Source: Candidatus Scatovivens sp.
GTDB taxonomy: Bacteria; Bacillota; Clostridia; TANB77; CAG-508
DNA length: 64,000 nucleotides
Reading direction: 5' to 3'
Assembly: GCA_045646345.1 (NCBI GenBank)
Contig: JAZRKN010000011.1
Location: forward strand, 94,801-158,800
This document shows, piece after piece, positions 9,347 to 20,400 of the stretch (the stretch's first letter is position 1; each line of letters starts with the position of its first letter). The translations under genes were made by a program, and so were the position numbers. Under the pieces are notes generated by a model. The model did not search any database. It was not told the DNA's origin and saw only the letters and a program-made list of their open reading frames with translations.

Positions 9347-12300
9347 ATGCTTAAAAACAAAATTCTAGAAAAATTGTTAGCAATAATCCTAATATTTACA
9401 CTAACCTTTGCAAATTTTGCATTTGTTACTGAAGCTTATGCTTCAAGCTTTGCAGAAAGCATACTAGGCTTAACATCCGACACTGGCCATAAAAATATCG
9501 GATTTACAGCTTATTTTGGAACCGAAGAAAATGATGAAGCTTCGGTTATTTGTGATGTAAATAAAGAGGACTTGACTATTGGCATGAGCTTAAGCGTTCA
9601 AGATAGTGGTTACTTGAAGGACGCAAAAATAGCAATTGTAGAAACAGAAGAAGGAAATGGATTAAACTTCAAAATCAAATCACAAGAAGAATTAGGAGAA
9701 TATGTTCAAGCGATTGAAGATAACGTAGTAATACTACAACAAATCAATAGTTCTTCAGAAGATGTAAAAATTCAAGTACCAATTGAGTACAAAAATGAAT
9801 CATATGTGAATGAAAGTAAACTATCAAAAGAAGCTTTGATAGCTTTTTCAGGTATATATGTTGATAATGAAGGTGAAGAGAAAGAAGTTTCAAAGAAAAT
9901 TTATTTAACTGTTAACTGGGAAGACTCAAGAAAAGTTAAAGTTGAAACAACAGCTGAGAAATATATTGACTTTGGATCAGGTATTATTTTACAAACTCTT
10001 GTAAAAGTTGATAGTACAACTGATGGAAACACATTACCAGCAAAAGAATCTGAAGTTATAATAACTGCACCAACAATTGGAGATAAAGCGCCAAACAGTG
10101 TTTATGTTGTTGCAAATAGCACAACAGGAACAAATGGTAAAAATGTTGGAGAAGTTATATTCTCAGAAGAAAATTGGAATTATAATCCAGAAGAAAACAA
10201 ATTAACAATCAAAGTAAATAACGAGAAACAACTAGTTGAAGTTAATGAGTTTGCAGATGAATATTTACAAGAAGCTGATCAAGAAGTTGTTAAAGAAGAA
10301 AGATATTTCAGTGGTACAGGTATAGATGAATACTTAGTAACATACACATATATGGATTCTGAAATAACAGAAGAAGCGGTAACAGTAAGTTCAAACATTG
10401 AAGCAAAATTAACAACACTTAGTGGAAATTATAGAAATGAAAATATCAATATAGTAACAAATGATGATGAAAATAAAAATCATGAATATCTTCTAGAAGG
10501 CAAAATAGGAGACTTAGTATCTTTAAATATAGAAAATGAAACAGAAGAAGTTTCAAAAGCTTATACATATGTTAATTACAATAACAGCAATAAGCATGAA
10601 ATTGAATTAATAACAGAAACAATGGTTAACATCTCATATACAGAGATTATTGAATCATTGACTGTAGAAGATGTAGAAAATACATACAAAGATAAATCAG
10701 GAAATGCTATAGCAAATGATGACTTATATTATAAACAAATTTCTATAGCAAAAGAAAACTTTGTAGAAATCCTTGGAGAACAAGGAGAAATCAAAGTGAT
10801 GGATATATCAGGAACTGTAATAGGAGTTATCAATAACGAATCAGAAGTAAATGATGAGGGAAGAATTACAGTTGGATTTGAAAATAAATATCCAAGATTA
10901 AATTTTGAAATGACAAAACCTGTTAAAGAAGGAAACATAGTAATAAAATCAGTAAAAGCTATGTCAAATTCTTCAGTAGAAAAATCAACATTTGCAAATC
11001 TTGAAAGTATAAACACAAAATCAGTATTAAAAGCGAAATACAATTACGTTCAAGATAAAGTAGAAGTTGGAACTTTAAATGTAGCAACAAGATTAATTGA
11101 CACAACAACTAAAGCAGTACTTGCTATGGATAGAGAAAGCTTATCAACATTAGAAATGAATGAAAATGTTGAAATAAGAATTGAATTAAATAACGCATCT
11201 GCAAAATCAGACGTATATGGACATTCAGTATTTGAAATTGATTTACCAGAATCAATTGAAAGTTTAGAAATAACAAACTCAAGCTTATTATATGCAGAAG
11301 GGTTAAGCATTACTTCTGTAGAAGCAATAGATAGAAAATTAGTAATAACAATTGACGGAGTACAAGAAGGAATAAATTCTGGTGTATTAACAAATGGTAC
11401 AAATATAGTTCTTAATGCAAACATTAAAGTTAACTTATATACACCAGCTAAATCAGAAAAAATGACATTAAGATATACAAACCAAGAAGCTACAAATTAT
11501 GAAGCAGATGGAATAAATGAATTAGAAGTTAATTACTCTGCTCCAACAGGATTAGTTGTAGTAAATAGTATATCAAATTATGATAATAATGGTTCAGTAC
11601 TAGCTTCTGTAAGACAAGGTGAAAAAGTAGATTTAATAGATATATATGCAGAAGCAAAAGTGGCTACAATGGAAATCATTGTAATGAACAACAATGGAAA
11701 TACAGTTTCAGACTTGGCAATTTTAGGTAGAATTCCATTTAAAGGAAATAAAGATATTGCAACTGGAGATGAACTAGGAACAACAAGTGACACAAAATTA
11801 ATTGGGGCTTTGGTTTCAGATGAAAGAATAAAAGAACAATTTACTATTTATTATTCTGAAAATGGAGAAGCAACTAAAGATTTAACAGATAGCGCAAATG
11901 GTTGGACTCCAACTCCAGAAAGTTTTGATAAAATAAAATCATACTTAATAGTACCAATAGAAGAAAATTATGAAATGCAAGATACAGAAATTTTAAGATT
12001 TACATATCAATATGAAATTCCTGCAAACTTAACTCATAATGAAAAATTCTATGGAACATTTTCTGCGTACTATACTAATAATTCAGAAGTTGCTGTAACA
12101 GAAGAACAAGCAATACCAGATAAAGTTGGATTAACAACAGGTGAAGGACCAGAATTAAGTTTAGTAATGTCTGTAGATAAAAATTCACTTAGAGAAGGTG
12201 AAGAATTAGAAGTAAGTATAATAGCAGCAAACGTTGGAAATTGTAAAGCACAAGATGTAAAAGTAAAATTTGAAATACCAAATTCTACTAAATATATAGA

Positions 12301-14443
12301 AACTAAAGTTGATGGTGCAGAAGCTGTATTAGATGGAAATACTTTAGTAATAACAGCTGCAGAACTAGATAGTGAAAAAGAATTAGATATTAAAGTAAAA
12401 TTAGAAGTTTTAAAACTTGCTTCTAATAATAAGGTAAAAGGAAAAGCAACATTAGAAGCCAAAGATTTATCAGCAGTGTTAACAGCTGAAACAGAAGAAA
12501 TTGGAGTTGCAGCGGCTGAGATCGAAGTAACTCATAATAATAATTTAGACATTGAAACAGAACCTGATGTTTATGAGGTTGGTAAAAAAGTAGAATATAG
12601 AATATTCGTTATAAGCCACAAAAAAGGTGGATTGAAAAATGTAGTTGTAACAGAAGAACTTCCAAAAGAATTGAACTTTAAATCAGCTTCAATTATGGGA
12701 TTTGCAGAAGATGGAAGAACAGCGATAGAAGTTGGTAAAGGAAGTTTTGATGAACAAACAAGAGTTGTAACATGGAATGTTCCTGAAGTTACATCAAGTG
12801 CTATGCTTATGTTAGAAGTTGAGACTGCAAATTTAGAAGAAAATTCAACTTTTGCAAGTGCAACAACAATAGTAAAAGCAAAAGCAGATGGAACAGCAAC
12901 ATATGAATCTAATAAGATAACTACAAGAATTGGTAAACCAGTATTAAAAGTAACTCAAACAACAGAAAATACAGATACATATATAAAAGAAGGAGAAAAA
13001 ATTAAATACATATTTACTATTAAAAATGAAGGTAAAACTGTTGCAAGACATGTTAACTTAACAGAAATAATACCAGATGGTATAGTTGTTGAAAAAGTAA
13101 ATTATGTAGTAAATGGAATACCAGTTACAAAAAGAGTTACATCTAATAAAGAAGTTGTTATATCAGCAAGTATAGGTGCTGGTTCAGAATTAGTTGCCAC
13201 AGTAAGCGCTGTTGCAGCAGGATTACATGGTGTTCAAGAAAAAACAATAACAAATTATGGTACAGTACATGCTGACAATGTTGAAGAAATTCAATCTAAT
13301 AGTGTTACTCATATAGTTGAACAATCAGATAAGAATGCAGCAATTTATGATGAGGCTGATGGTGGAATATCAACAACAATAAATTATGATGGAACAGTTT
13401 CAAATGTAAAAACAAATATATCTAAAACATATAGAATATCAGGAACAGCTTGGTTAGATGCAAATAAAAATGGTATGAAAGAAGATGGAGAGGAATTATT
13501 ATCAGGAATTTCAGCGAAATTAGTTAATAGTGAATCTGGTCTTATAGTAAAATCAATCACAACAGACTCTAGAGGTGAATATACATTTTCTGGAGTTGAA
13601 AATGGAAATTATTTAGTAGTATTTGATTATGATACTGTTAAATATACAGTAACAGCTTATCGTAAGGATGGAGTTGACGATAGTGCAAATTCAGATGCTG
13701 TTACAACAAAACTTGAACAAGGTGGAAAATTAAGAAATGGTGCTATTACAGACGTTGTTACAGTAGCAAACGGAAGTGTTTCTGGAGTTAACATCGGTTT
13801 TGTATATGCGGATAGATTTGATTTGAAACTTGAAAAAACAATAACAAAATTAACAGTTCAATCTGTTAAAGGAACAAATACAGATAAATACGAAAATACA
13901 GATTTGGCAAAAACAGAAATTGCAGCTAAATACTTAGCTGGTTCAACAGTATATGTTGAATATGAAATGAAAGTAACTAACATGGGAGATGTTGCTGGTT
14001 ATGCTAAGAGAATTATAGATTACTTACCGGAAGGAATGACATTTAATTCTTCACTTGAAGCTAACTCAAGTTGGTATACAGGTACTGATGGAAACATCTA
14101 CTCAACAGGATTAGCTGATAGAGAATTAGCTCCAGGAGAAACAGCAACAGTTAAATTAGTATTAACAAAACAAATGACAGATGAAAATACAGGTATCGTA
14201 AACAACTTGGCTGAAATTTATGAAGATTACAACATTTATGGTATTTCTGATTCAAATTCAACACCTGCTAATAAAGCTCAAGGTGAAAATGATATTGATG
14301 GAGCCGACGTAGTAATCTCAATTAAAACAGGTGAGGTATTTATAAATATTTCTGTAATCATCACATCAATGTTGTTAGGAAGTATAGTAGTATTTATAGT
14401 TTATAATCATATTAGGATATCAAAGAAGAAAGGGGGTGTTTAA
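9347..14443 (+). CDS. Giant secreted/cell-surface protein with DUF11-like and SdrD-B/Cna-B-like domains
   Basis: Signal peptide (start ATG 9347 after GGGAGG). DUF11-like strands (GEKIKYIFTIKNEG), an SdrD-B-like ISGTAWLDANKNG...TTDSRGEYTF segment, and C-terminal IKTG + TM + KKKGGV. Confidence 0.85.
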   Translation: MLKNKILEKLLAIILIFTLTFANFAFVTEAYASSFAESILGLTSDTGHKNIGFTAYFGTEENDEASVICDVNKEDLTIGMSLSVQDSGYLKDAKIAIVETEEGNGLNFKIKSQEELGEYVQAIEDNVVILQQINSSSEDVKIQVPIEYKNESYVNESKLSKEALIAFSGIYVDNEGEEKEVSKKIYLTVNWEDSRKVKVETTAEKYIDFGSGIILQTLVKVDSTTDGNTLPAKESEVIITAPTIGDKAPNSVYVVANSTTGTNGKNVGEVIFSEENWNYNPEENKLTIKVNNEKQLVEVNEFADEYLQEADQEVVKEERYFSGTGIDEYLVTYTYMDSEITEEAVTVSSNIEAKLTTLSGNYRNENINIVTNDDENKNHEYLLEGKIGDLVSLNIENETEEVSKAYTYVNYNNSNKHEIELITETMVNISYTEIIESLTVEDVENTYKDKSGNAIANDDLYYKQISIAKENFVEILGEQGEIKVMDISGTVIGVINNESEVNDEGRITVGFENKYPRLNFEMTKPVKEGNIVIKSVKAMSNSSVEKSTFANLESINTKSVLKAKYNYVQDKVEVGTLNVATRLIDTTTKAVLAMDRESLSTLEMNENVEIRIELNNASAKSDVYGHSVFEIDLPESIESLEITNSSLLYAEGLSITSVEAIDRKLVITIDGVQEGINSGVLTNGTNIVLNANIKVNLYTPAKSEKMTLRYTNQEATNYEADGINELEVNYSAPTGLVVVNSISNYDNNGSVLASVRQGEKVDLIDIYAEAKVATMEIIVMNNNGNTVSDLAILGRIPFKGNKDIATGDELGTTSDTKLIGALVSDERIKEQFTIYYSENGEATKDLTDSANGWTPTPESFDKIKSYLIVPIEENYEMQDTEILRFTYQYEIPANLTHNEKFYGTFSAYYTNNSEVAVTEEQAIPDKVGLTTGEGPELSLVMSVDKNSLREGEELEVSIIAANVGNCKAQDVKVKFEIPNSTKYIETKVDGAEAVLDGNTLVITAAELDSEKELDIKVKLEVLKLASNNKVKGKATLEAKDLSAVLTAETEEIGVAAAEIEVTHNNNLDIETEPDVYEVGKKVEYRIFVISHKKGGLKNVVVTEELPKELNFKSASIMGFAEDGRTAIEVGKGSFDEQTRVVTWNVPEVTSSAMLMLEVETANLEENSTFASATTIVKAKADGTATYESNKITTRIGKPVLKVTQTTENTDTYIKEGEKIKYIFTIKNEGKTVARHVNLTEIIPDGIVVEKVNYVVNGIPVTKRVTSNKEVVISASIGAGSELVATVSAVAAGLHGVQEKTITNYGTVHADNVEEIQSNSVTHIVEQSDKNAAIYDEADGGISTTINYDGTVSNVKTNISKTYRISGTAWLDANKNGMKEDGEELLSGISAKLVNSESGLIVKSITTDSRGEYTFSGVENGNYLVVFDYDTVKYTVTAYRKDGVDDSANSDAVTTKLEQGGKLRNGAITDVVTVANGSVSGVNIGFVYADRFDLKLEKTITKLTVQSVKGTNTDKYENTDLAKTEIAAKYLAGSTVYVEYEMKVTNMGDVAGYAKRIIDYLPEGMTFNSSLEANSSWYTGTDGNIYSTGLADRELAPGETATVKLVLTKQMTDENTGIVNNLAEIYEDYNIYGISDSNSTPANKAQGENDIDGADVVISIKTGEVFINISVIITSMLLGSIVVFIVYNHIRISKKKGGV

Positions 14444-14444
14444 T

Positions 14445-17400
14445 ATGAATATGACTAAAAAGCTTTCAATAGTATTTTTAATAGTAATATCAATATTAAG
14501 CACAGCCTTTCTATATAAATCAAATGCTGTACAAGAATATAGTGGGGCGTTTGGAGATGAAAATAGAGGATTCGTTTATTATGAAAGAGAAAGCCATGTA
14601 AAAGGTGAGTATAATAATGAATATAACGGATTTGAATTTACAACTCTAAATGAAGATATGAGAGGTAGATTGATTATTGAATCAGTTCGTCAACACTCAT
14701 ATGATGGTGGAAACTATATACCACTTAGTGACTTGTATGATTTCTATGATGTTTTATGTTGTCAAAAGGGAACAAAATTACCTAGTGAAAATGAAACATA
14801 TTTAGTTGGTAATAGTGGAGATAGATTGCCATTATCATATCCTCATTTAACTCAAAATGATGTTGGAATGTTAACACCAGAACAAGAAGGTAAATTTCCA
14901 TCAAGTATATATAAAAGTTTAACTTTAGGTTTTTATGTTCCAGAAGAAGAAGTAATAGCTGGACCAAAAGAAGCTTATATATTAGCTGAAATGGTAAAAG
15001 AACTTGAAGGTGCAGTATTTTACTATGATTTTGTAACTGATGCAAATGGAAATAAAGTAAGATATGAAGGATCATTAGAGGCTGCAGAAAGATTTTATAT
15101 AGGTGATGAAGAAATATATATAGTAGAAAAAGAATATGTTGTAACATTACCAGATGGTGAAAACGTAAGAGTTGAAGGTGTTAGTGATGGTAGAGGTGGA
15201 ATTGTTTATAAATATAAAGAAGGACACTATAAAAATCATTATGAAAAATATGAAGGAAAACTAACTTGGTCTGATAGTAAATTGGGAAGTGGTGGAACAT
15301 ATCCTTCATTTGAATGTACAAATAGTAGTTCAAGTGTTAATACAGGAGTTGTAAGAGACGATAGTGTTGTTGCTCCAGGAACACCAATTTATGTAACAGG
15401 AAGTAATATAGTTGTTAAAGATGGTGATGTGTATTATAGAGCAACTATAGAAGGAAATAACAGTTACATTCAGCTTGCCTGGTGGACTACAGTTTATCCT
15501 GAATCTATTGGTAACCTTGTTGCTGATACAGCATTCTCTCAAGAAGCAGATGCTTTTGAGGCATATATATTAGCAGCTGCTGGTGGTGTGACTAGAGAAG
15601 AATTAAAATATAGAACAGAAATTGTAATTGATGAAAAAACTGGTGAGGAAAAAGAAATTGAAAATGCTTTTGACATCAAATATGAACCACAATGGATTAC
15701 TGAAGAAGTTGGGGATTATGATTATGAAAATCCTGTAACAGTTTTTGAAGAAGATAAACAATCATTATTAGTAGGACCATTTGGATTAGACTATATTGAA
15801 GCAAGAGCTCAATTTGGTGGTAGACCAGAAGTAGAATTTGCAGGAATTACTGGAATGGAACTTTATACAGATGCTTCTGATGAGCCATTAGAACTTGATA
15901 TTGACAAAAATGATGATAAAAAAGGTGATTGGGAACTTGTATATATAGAAGGAGGAAGAACAGAAGAGGAATCTAATGATGAAAAATATCCTTTAATATA
16001 TCCAAAATCAAATGAACCATTCTATATAAGAATTTTTGATGCTGATAATGGTACTCAAATTAAAAATATTAAAGTACACTTTAGATTCATGAATGCAGCC
16101 GGAAGTTGGCAAAAATTAAATGGTAATTATTTTGAAGCAACATGGAGAACTGTTGATGAAGATGGAAATGAATACCATAGAGCATGGGATGTGTATAAAC
16201 CAGAACCACAATATGATGAAGAAGGTAATTTTACTGGTTATGAATCAGTATATGATCATACAGAGCATAGATATTGGTTAAAATTGCATAATTTATTACA
16301 ACAACCATCTCAAGCATTAGCACTTGGTATTAAAGGTGCTAAATGGTATAAAACTACAGAACTTGAAAGAAAAGTTGGAATCAACGAAGGTAAAGTAGTT
16401 GTTGAAAAAGAATTAGTTGATGCTGGTGGAAAACCAATTGAATCAATTGACGATGATGATAAATTTACTTTTGAAGTGACAGTGACTGGAGCAAAAAACT
16501 CTGATACAGAAATTTTAAAAGTAAAAGCAGGAGATTCAGTAGAATCTCAAGTATATTACTGGATGGATGGAGAAGAAGCTCCAACATATGAAGTAAAAGA
16601 AATTAAAATTCCAGATGGATATAAATTAGTTTCTATAGAAAATGCAACAGGAAAATTAAAACCATTTGGAAAAGAACCAGTTCCAGTAAAAGCAATAAAT
16701 GAGGTAAAACCAAATAGTGGTTCAATTAATGTAATTAAAGTAATGGAACCAACTAATATGCCTGGAACTACATTAGTAGGTCAAACATTTGACTTTAATG
16801 TAAAAATTAGCGGAACATTTACATATAATGGAGAAGAAATTATAAACGGATCTAAAGATGTTCCAATAACTGTTACAGCAGGAACTGATGCAGGATCAGC
16901 AACACCAGTTACAGTAGGACCTGTTTATTGGTATGGTGATGAAGCACCAACATATGTAGTAACAGAAAATAAAAAAGAAGGAGCTCAATTAATTTCTATA
17001 AATCCTGACACAGGAAAATTTGTTGCAAATCAAGAAATACCTACAACAGTAACAGCAACAAATAAACAAGAAATTGAAAAAGCTTCAGTAAGAATTATAA
17101 AAACATTAAAAGGATCTAGTGAATTTACTAGAGAATATATTGAATCATTAGTATTCAAATTTGCTCTTAATGTTGATGGACATGAAAAAGAATCAATAGT
17201 ATTAAATACTCCAACAAGACAAGATGAAAATGGAGATTGGGTATGGGAAGGAGTTTCTAGTGAATATACTTGGTTATATGGAAACAATCCAAACTATACA
17301 ATTTCTGAGGTAGAAGTACCAAAAGGAACAACATTCAATAGTGGAGAAAGTACAGTTTCAGGAACATTAAGAAGTAACAAACAAGAAAATTATGAAGTTA

Positions 17401-20400
17401 AAAATAACATTATAAACAATGTAACAGATTCAAATTCTAAGAAAATCAAAATTACTAAAGTAGTAGAAGATGCTGATTTAGTAAATAAAGATTATAAATT
17501 CTTAGTAATTGTAAAAGGTGTTGCATTTAGATATACACATACAGACGGAACAACATATAATTGTAACTCAGATCAAATGATGCAAATATATGATGGTGGA
17601 GCTGTTGTATTAGATGCAAATGCTGATTATGATTATGAAAAATTTATAACAGTAAATGCTGCTTCAACAGATGGAGTAAATGGTACAGGAACTAAAGAAA
17701 CAGGAACATTTACATGGTATGGAGATAAAGCTCCAAACTACATAGTAAAAGAAACTTTACTTGGTCAAGATATTGCTTCATCAGTAGAACCTTCAGAAGG
17801 TAGTTTAGCTGCTGGAGAAACAGATACAATTGAAGTAACAGCATGGAACAGAGAAATTGAAAGAACAAGAGGTGGATATATTCATATAATTAAAACATTA
17901 GAAGATGCAGAAAAATTCTCTATTGAATATATCAAATCTTTAGTGTTTAAATTTGACATAGAAGTTGAAGGATATAATAAAACAACAGTAGCGTTAGAAC
18001 CAAAACTTGTTGATAATACATGGGTTTGGGAATACACTTCTGAAAGATATTCTTGGAAAGATGGTCAACCAGCTCCAAGTTATAAAATAACAGAGGTTGA
18101 TTTACCAGAAGGAACAGAGTTCTTAAGTGCTACAGGTCCTGAAGGATCAACTGTATCAGGAACAACTGTAGAAGGTAAATTAAAAGAGAGTGTTTCTCAA
18201 GAAGTATTAATAACAACTGATAATAGCTTTATCAATAAAGTAAATGGACCTCATTCAGATGAATTAATAATCGAGAAAAAAGTAACACATGAGTCTTTAA
18301 ATGGAAAAGAATTTAAGTTTGATGTAACTTTAAAAGGTACATTTGAATATAATGGAACACAATATACAAATACAGAATTTGTTGTAGAAGATATTGTTGT
18401 AAAAGGAGGAGAAAAATCATCTCCAATTAAAGTTACATGGTATGGAGAAGTAGCTCCAACTTATGCGGTGACAGAGGAAGATTCTGAAATAGCAAAACAA
18501 GTATCAATTCAAAATGGTGCTGGTTCATTTAGCTATGAAAAAGAAGGTTCACAAGTTGCTACATTTACTACAGTTACGAACGAACCAAAATTAGTTGGTG
18601 GTCAATTAATTATCACTAAAAATATTGATAATGGTTCTGTAGATAAAGCATTCTTATTTGAAGTAAAAATAGGAAATGAAAATTCTCCAAGTTTCACAGT
18701 TTCATTAAAAGCTGGAGAAATTTATAAATCTGATATGTATAAATGGTATATTTCAGAAGAAGCTCCAAAATATTGGGTAAGAGAAATTAATCCAAACGAT
18801 GGTTCATCTTCTAACTTAGGATATGAATGGCAAACTGGACAATTAAGTTCAACAGGAGATGCTGTTGTATCAGTAGACTATATAAATACATATGTAGATC
18901 AAACAGGTAAATTTAAAGTTAGAAAAGTTGTATTAGATGAAAAACTAATAGATACATCAAAAGATGCAGAATTCAAAATCAAAGCAACAGTTACAGGTAC
19001 ATTCAATATAACAAAAGATGATGGTTCTGTAGTTGGTGTTAATAATGGTTCAAGAACATTTGATATTACTTTAAAAGGTGGAGAAACATTTACATCTCCA
19101 ACAATTACTTGGTGGGGAAATGAAGCTCCAACAGTTACTGTAGAAGAATACAGTATACCATTTGGATGGAAAAATCTAGGTATATCAAACAATGGTACTT
19201 CATTAACAGAAAATGAAGAGGTAGAAATTGTTGTAACAAACAAATTACCAGTATATGTAGTTGTTGATTTAACAACTAAACTTGGTGGTACTGTTTGGGT
19301 AGATAGACCATTAGATGTAAATGATAAAAATACAGAAAATTCTACTCCTAACGGAATCTTAGATAGAGGTGAAAACAGTACAGATATTGCAAAAGAAGGC
19401 GTAGAAGTATATGTATATAAAGTTGTATTTGATGCTAATGGAAATCCAATAAATGATGTTGAGCCAGAACTTGCTAAAATATATAAAGACTTAAACAATA
19501 CTGAACTTGCACAACCAATTATTACTGATAGCTTTGGTAGATGGGATGCTCCAAGAGTGAAAATTCCAACTGTAACTGAAGAACAAAAAGCTAATGGTTG
19601 GAGAGCATCATATGATATTAGATTCGTATATGACGGTCAAACATATGAACCAACAACATATTTAGCAACAGCTGGTGGAGATGCATCTAAATTCTTAAAT
19701 GAAACTACAGCAGGAAAAGATAAATTTGCAAATGACTCTATGGCTTTAGATATAGATAGAGCAATTGTTAATAGTAGAGTAGAAACAATAAAAGGAAATA
19801 GTCCTATAGCTGGAAATGGTGAGACTGTGGGTACTGCTATTGCAAGTGATGGAACAGAATCAATCTTAAATTACAAATCAAAAGAAATATCTGGAGATGC
19901 TGTAAGAATAGATGGAGAAGTTTCAAAAATTAAATCTGAATTAATAACAACAGATGAAAATGGAATTGCATTAGATTTATTTAAAACAACTGCAACAACA
20001 GGAAGTACAGGATTAACATTCCCATTCTATAAAGATACACAAAGTTGGAATGGATTTGTTCTACTAAATGAAAATACTACATTAACAGAAATTGGAGTTG
20101 AGCAAGCATACTTATTTGAAGCTGTATATAACTACTGTTTAAATATTAACTTAGGATTAGTCGAAAGACCAGATGCAGACTTAGGTGCTGCAAAAGACTT
20201 ATACTCAGCAAAAGTAACTGTAAAAGGTGAATCTGATGAAACAGAATACTATTCATATAGATTTAACAAATTATCAGATATCGATGCAGATTACTATACA
20301 AGACAATTACAAGAACAAGCAGTAACAGCTGAATATACATTAGGTCTATATAGTACAGATTACTACTATAGAGCAGAAATGTATAATGCAGCAAAAACTG

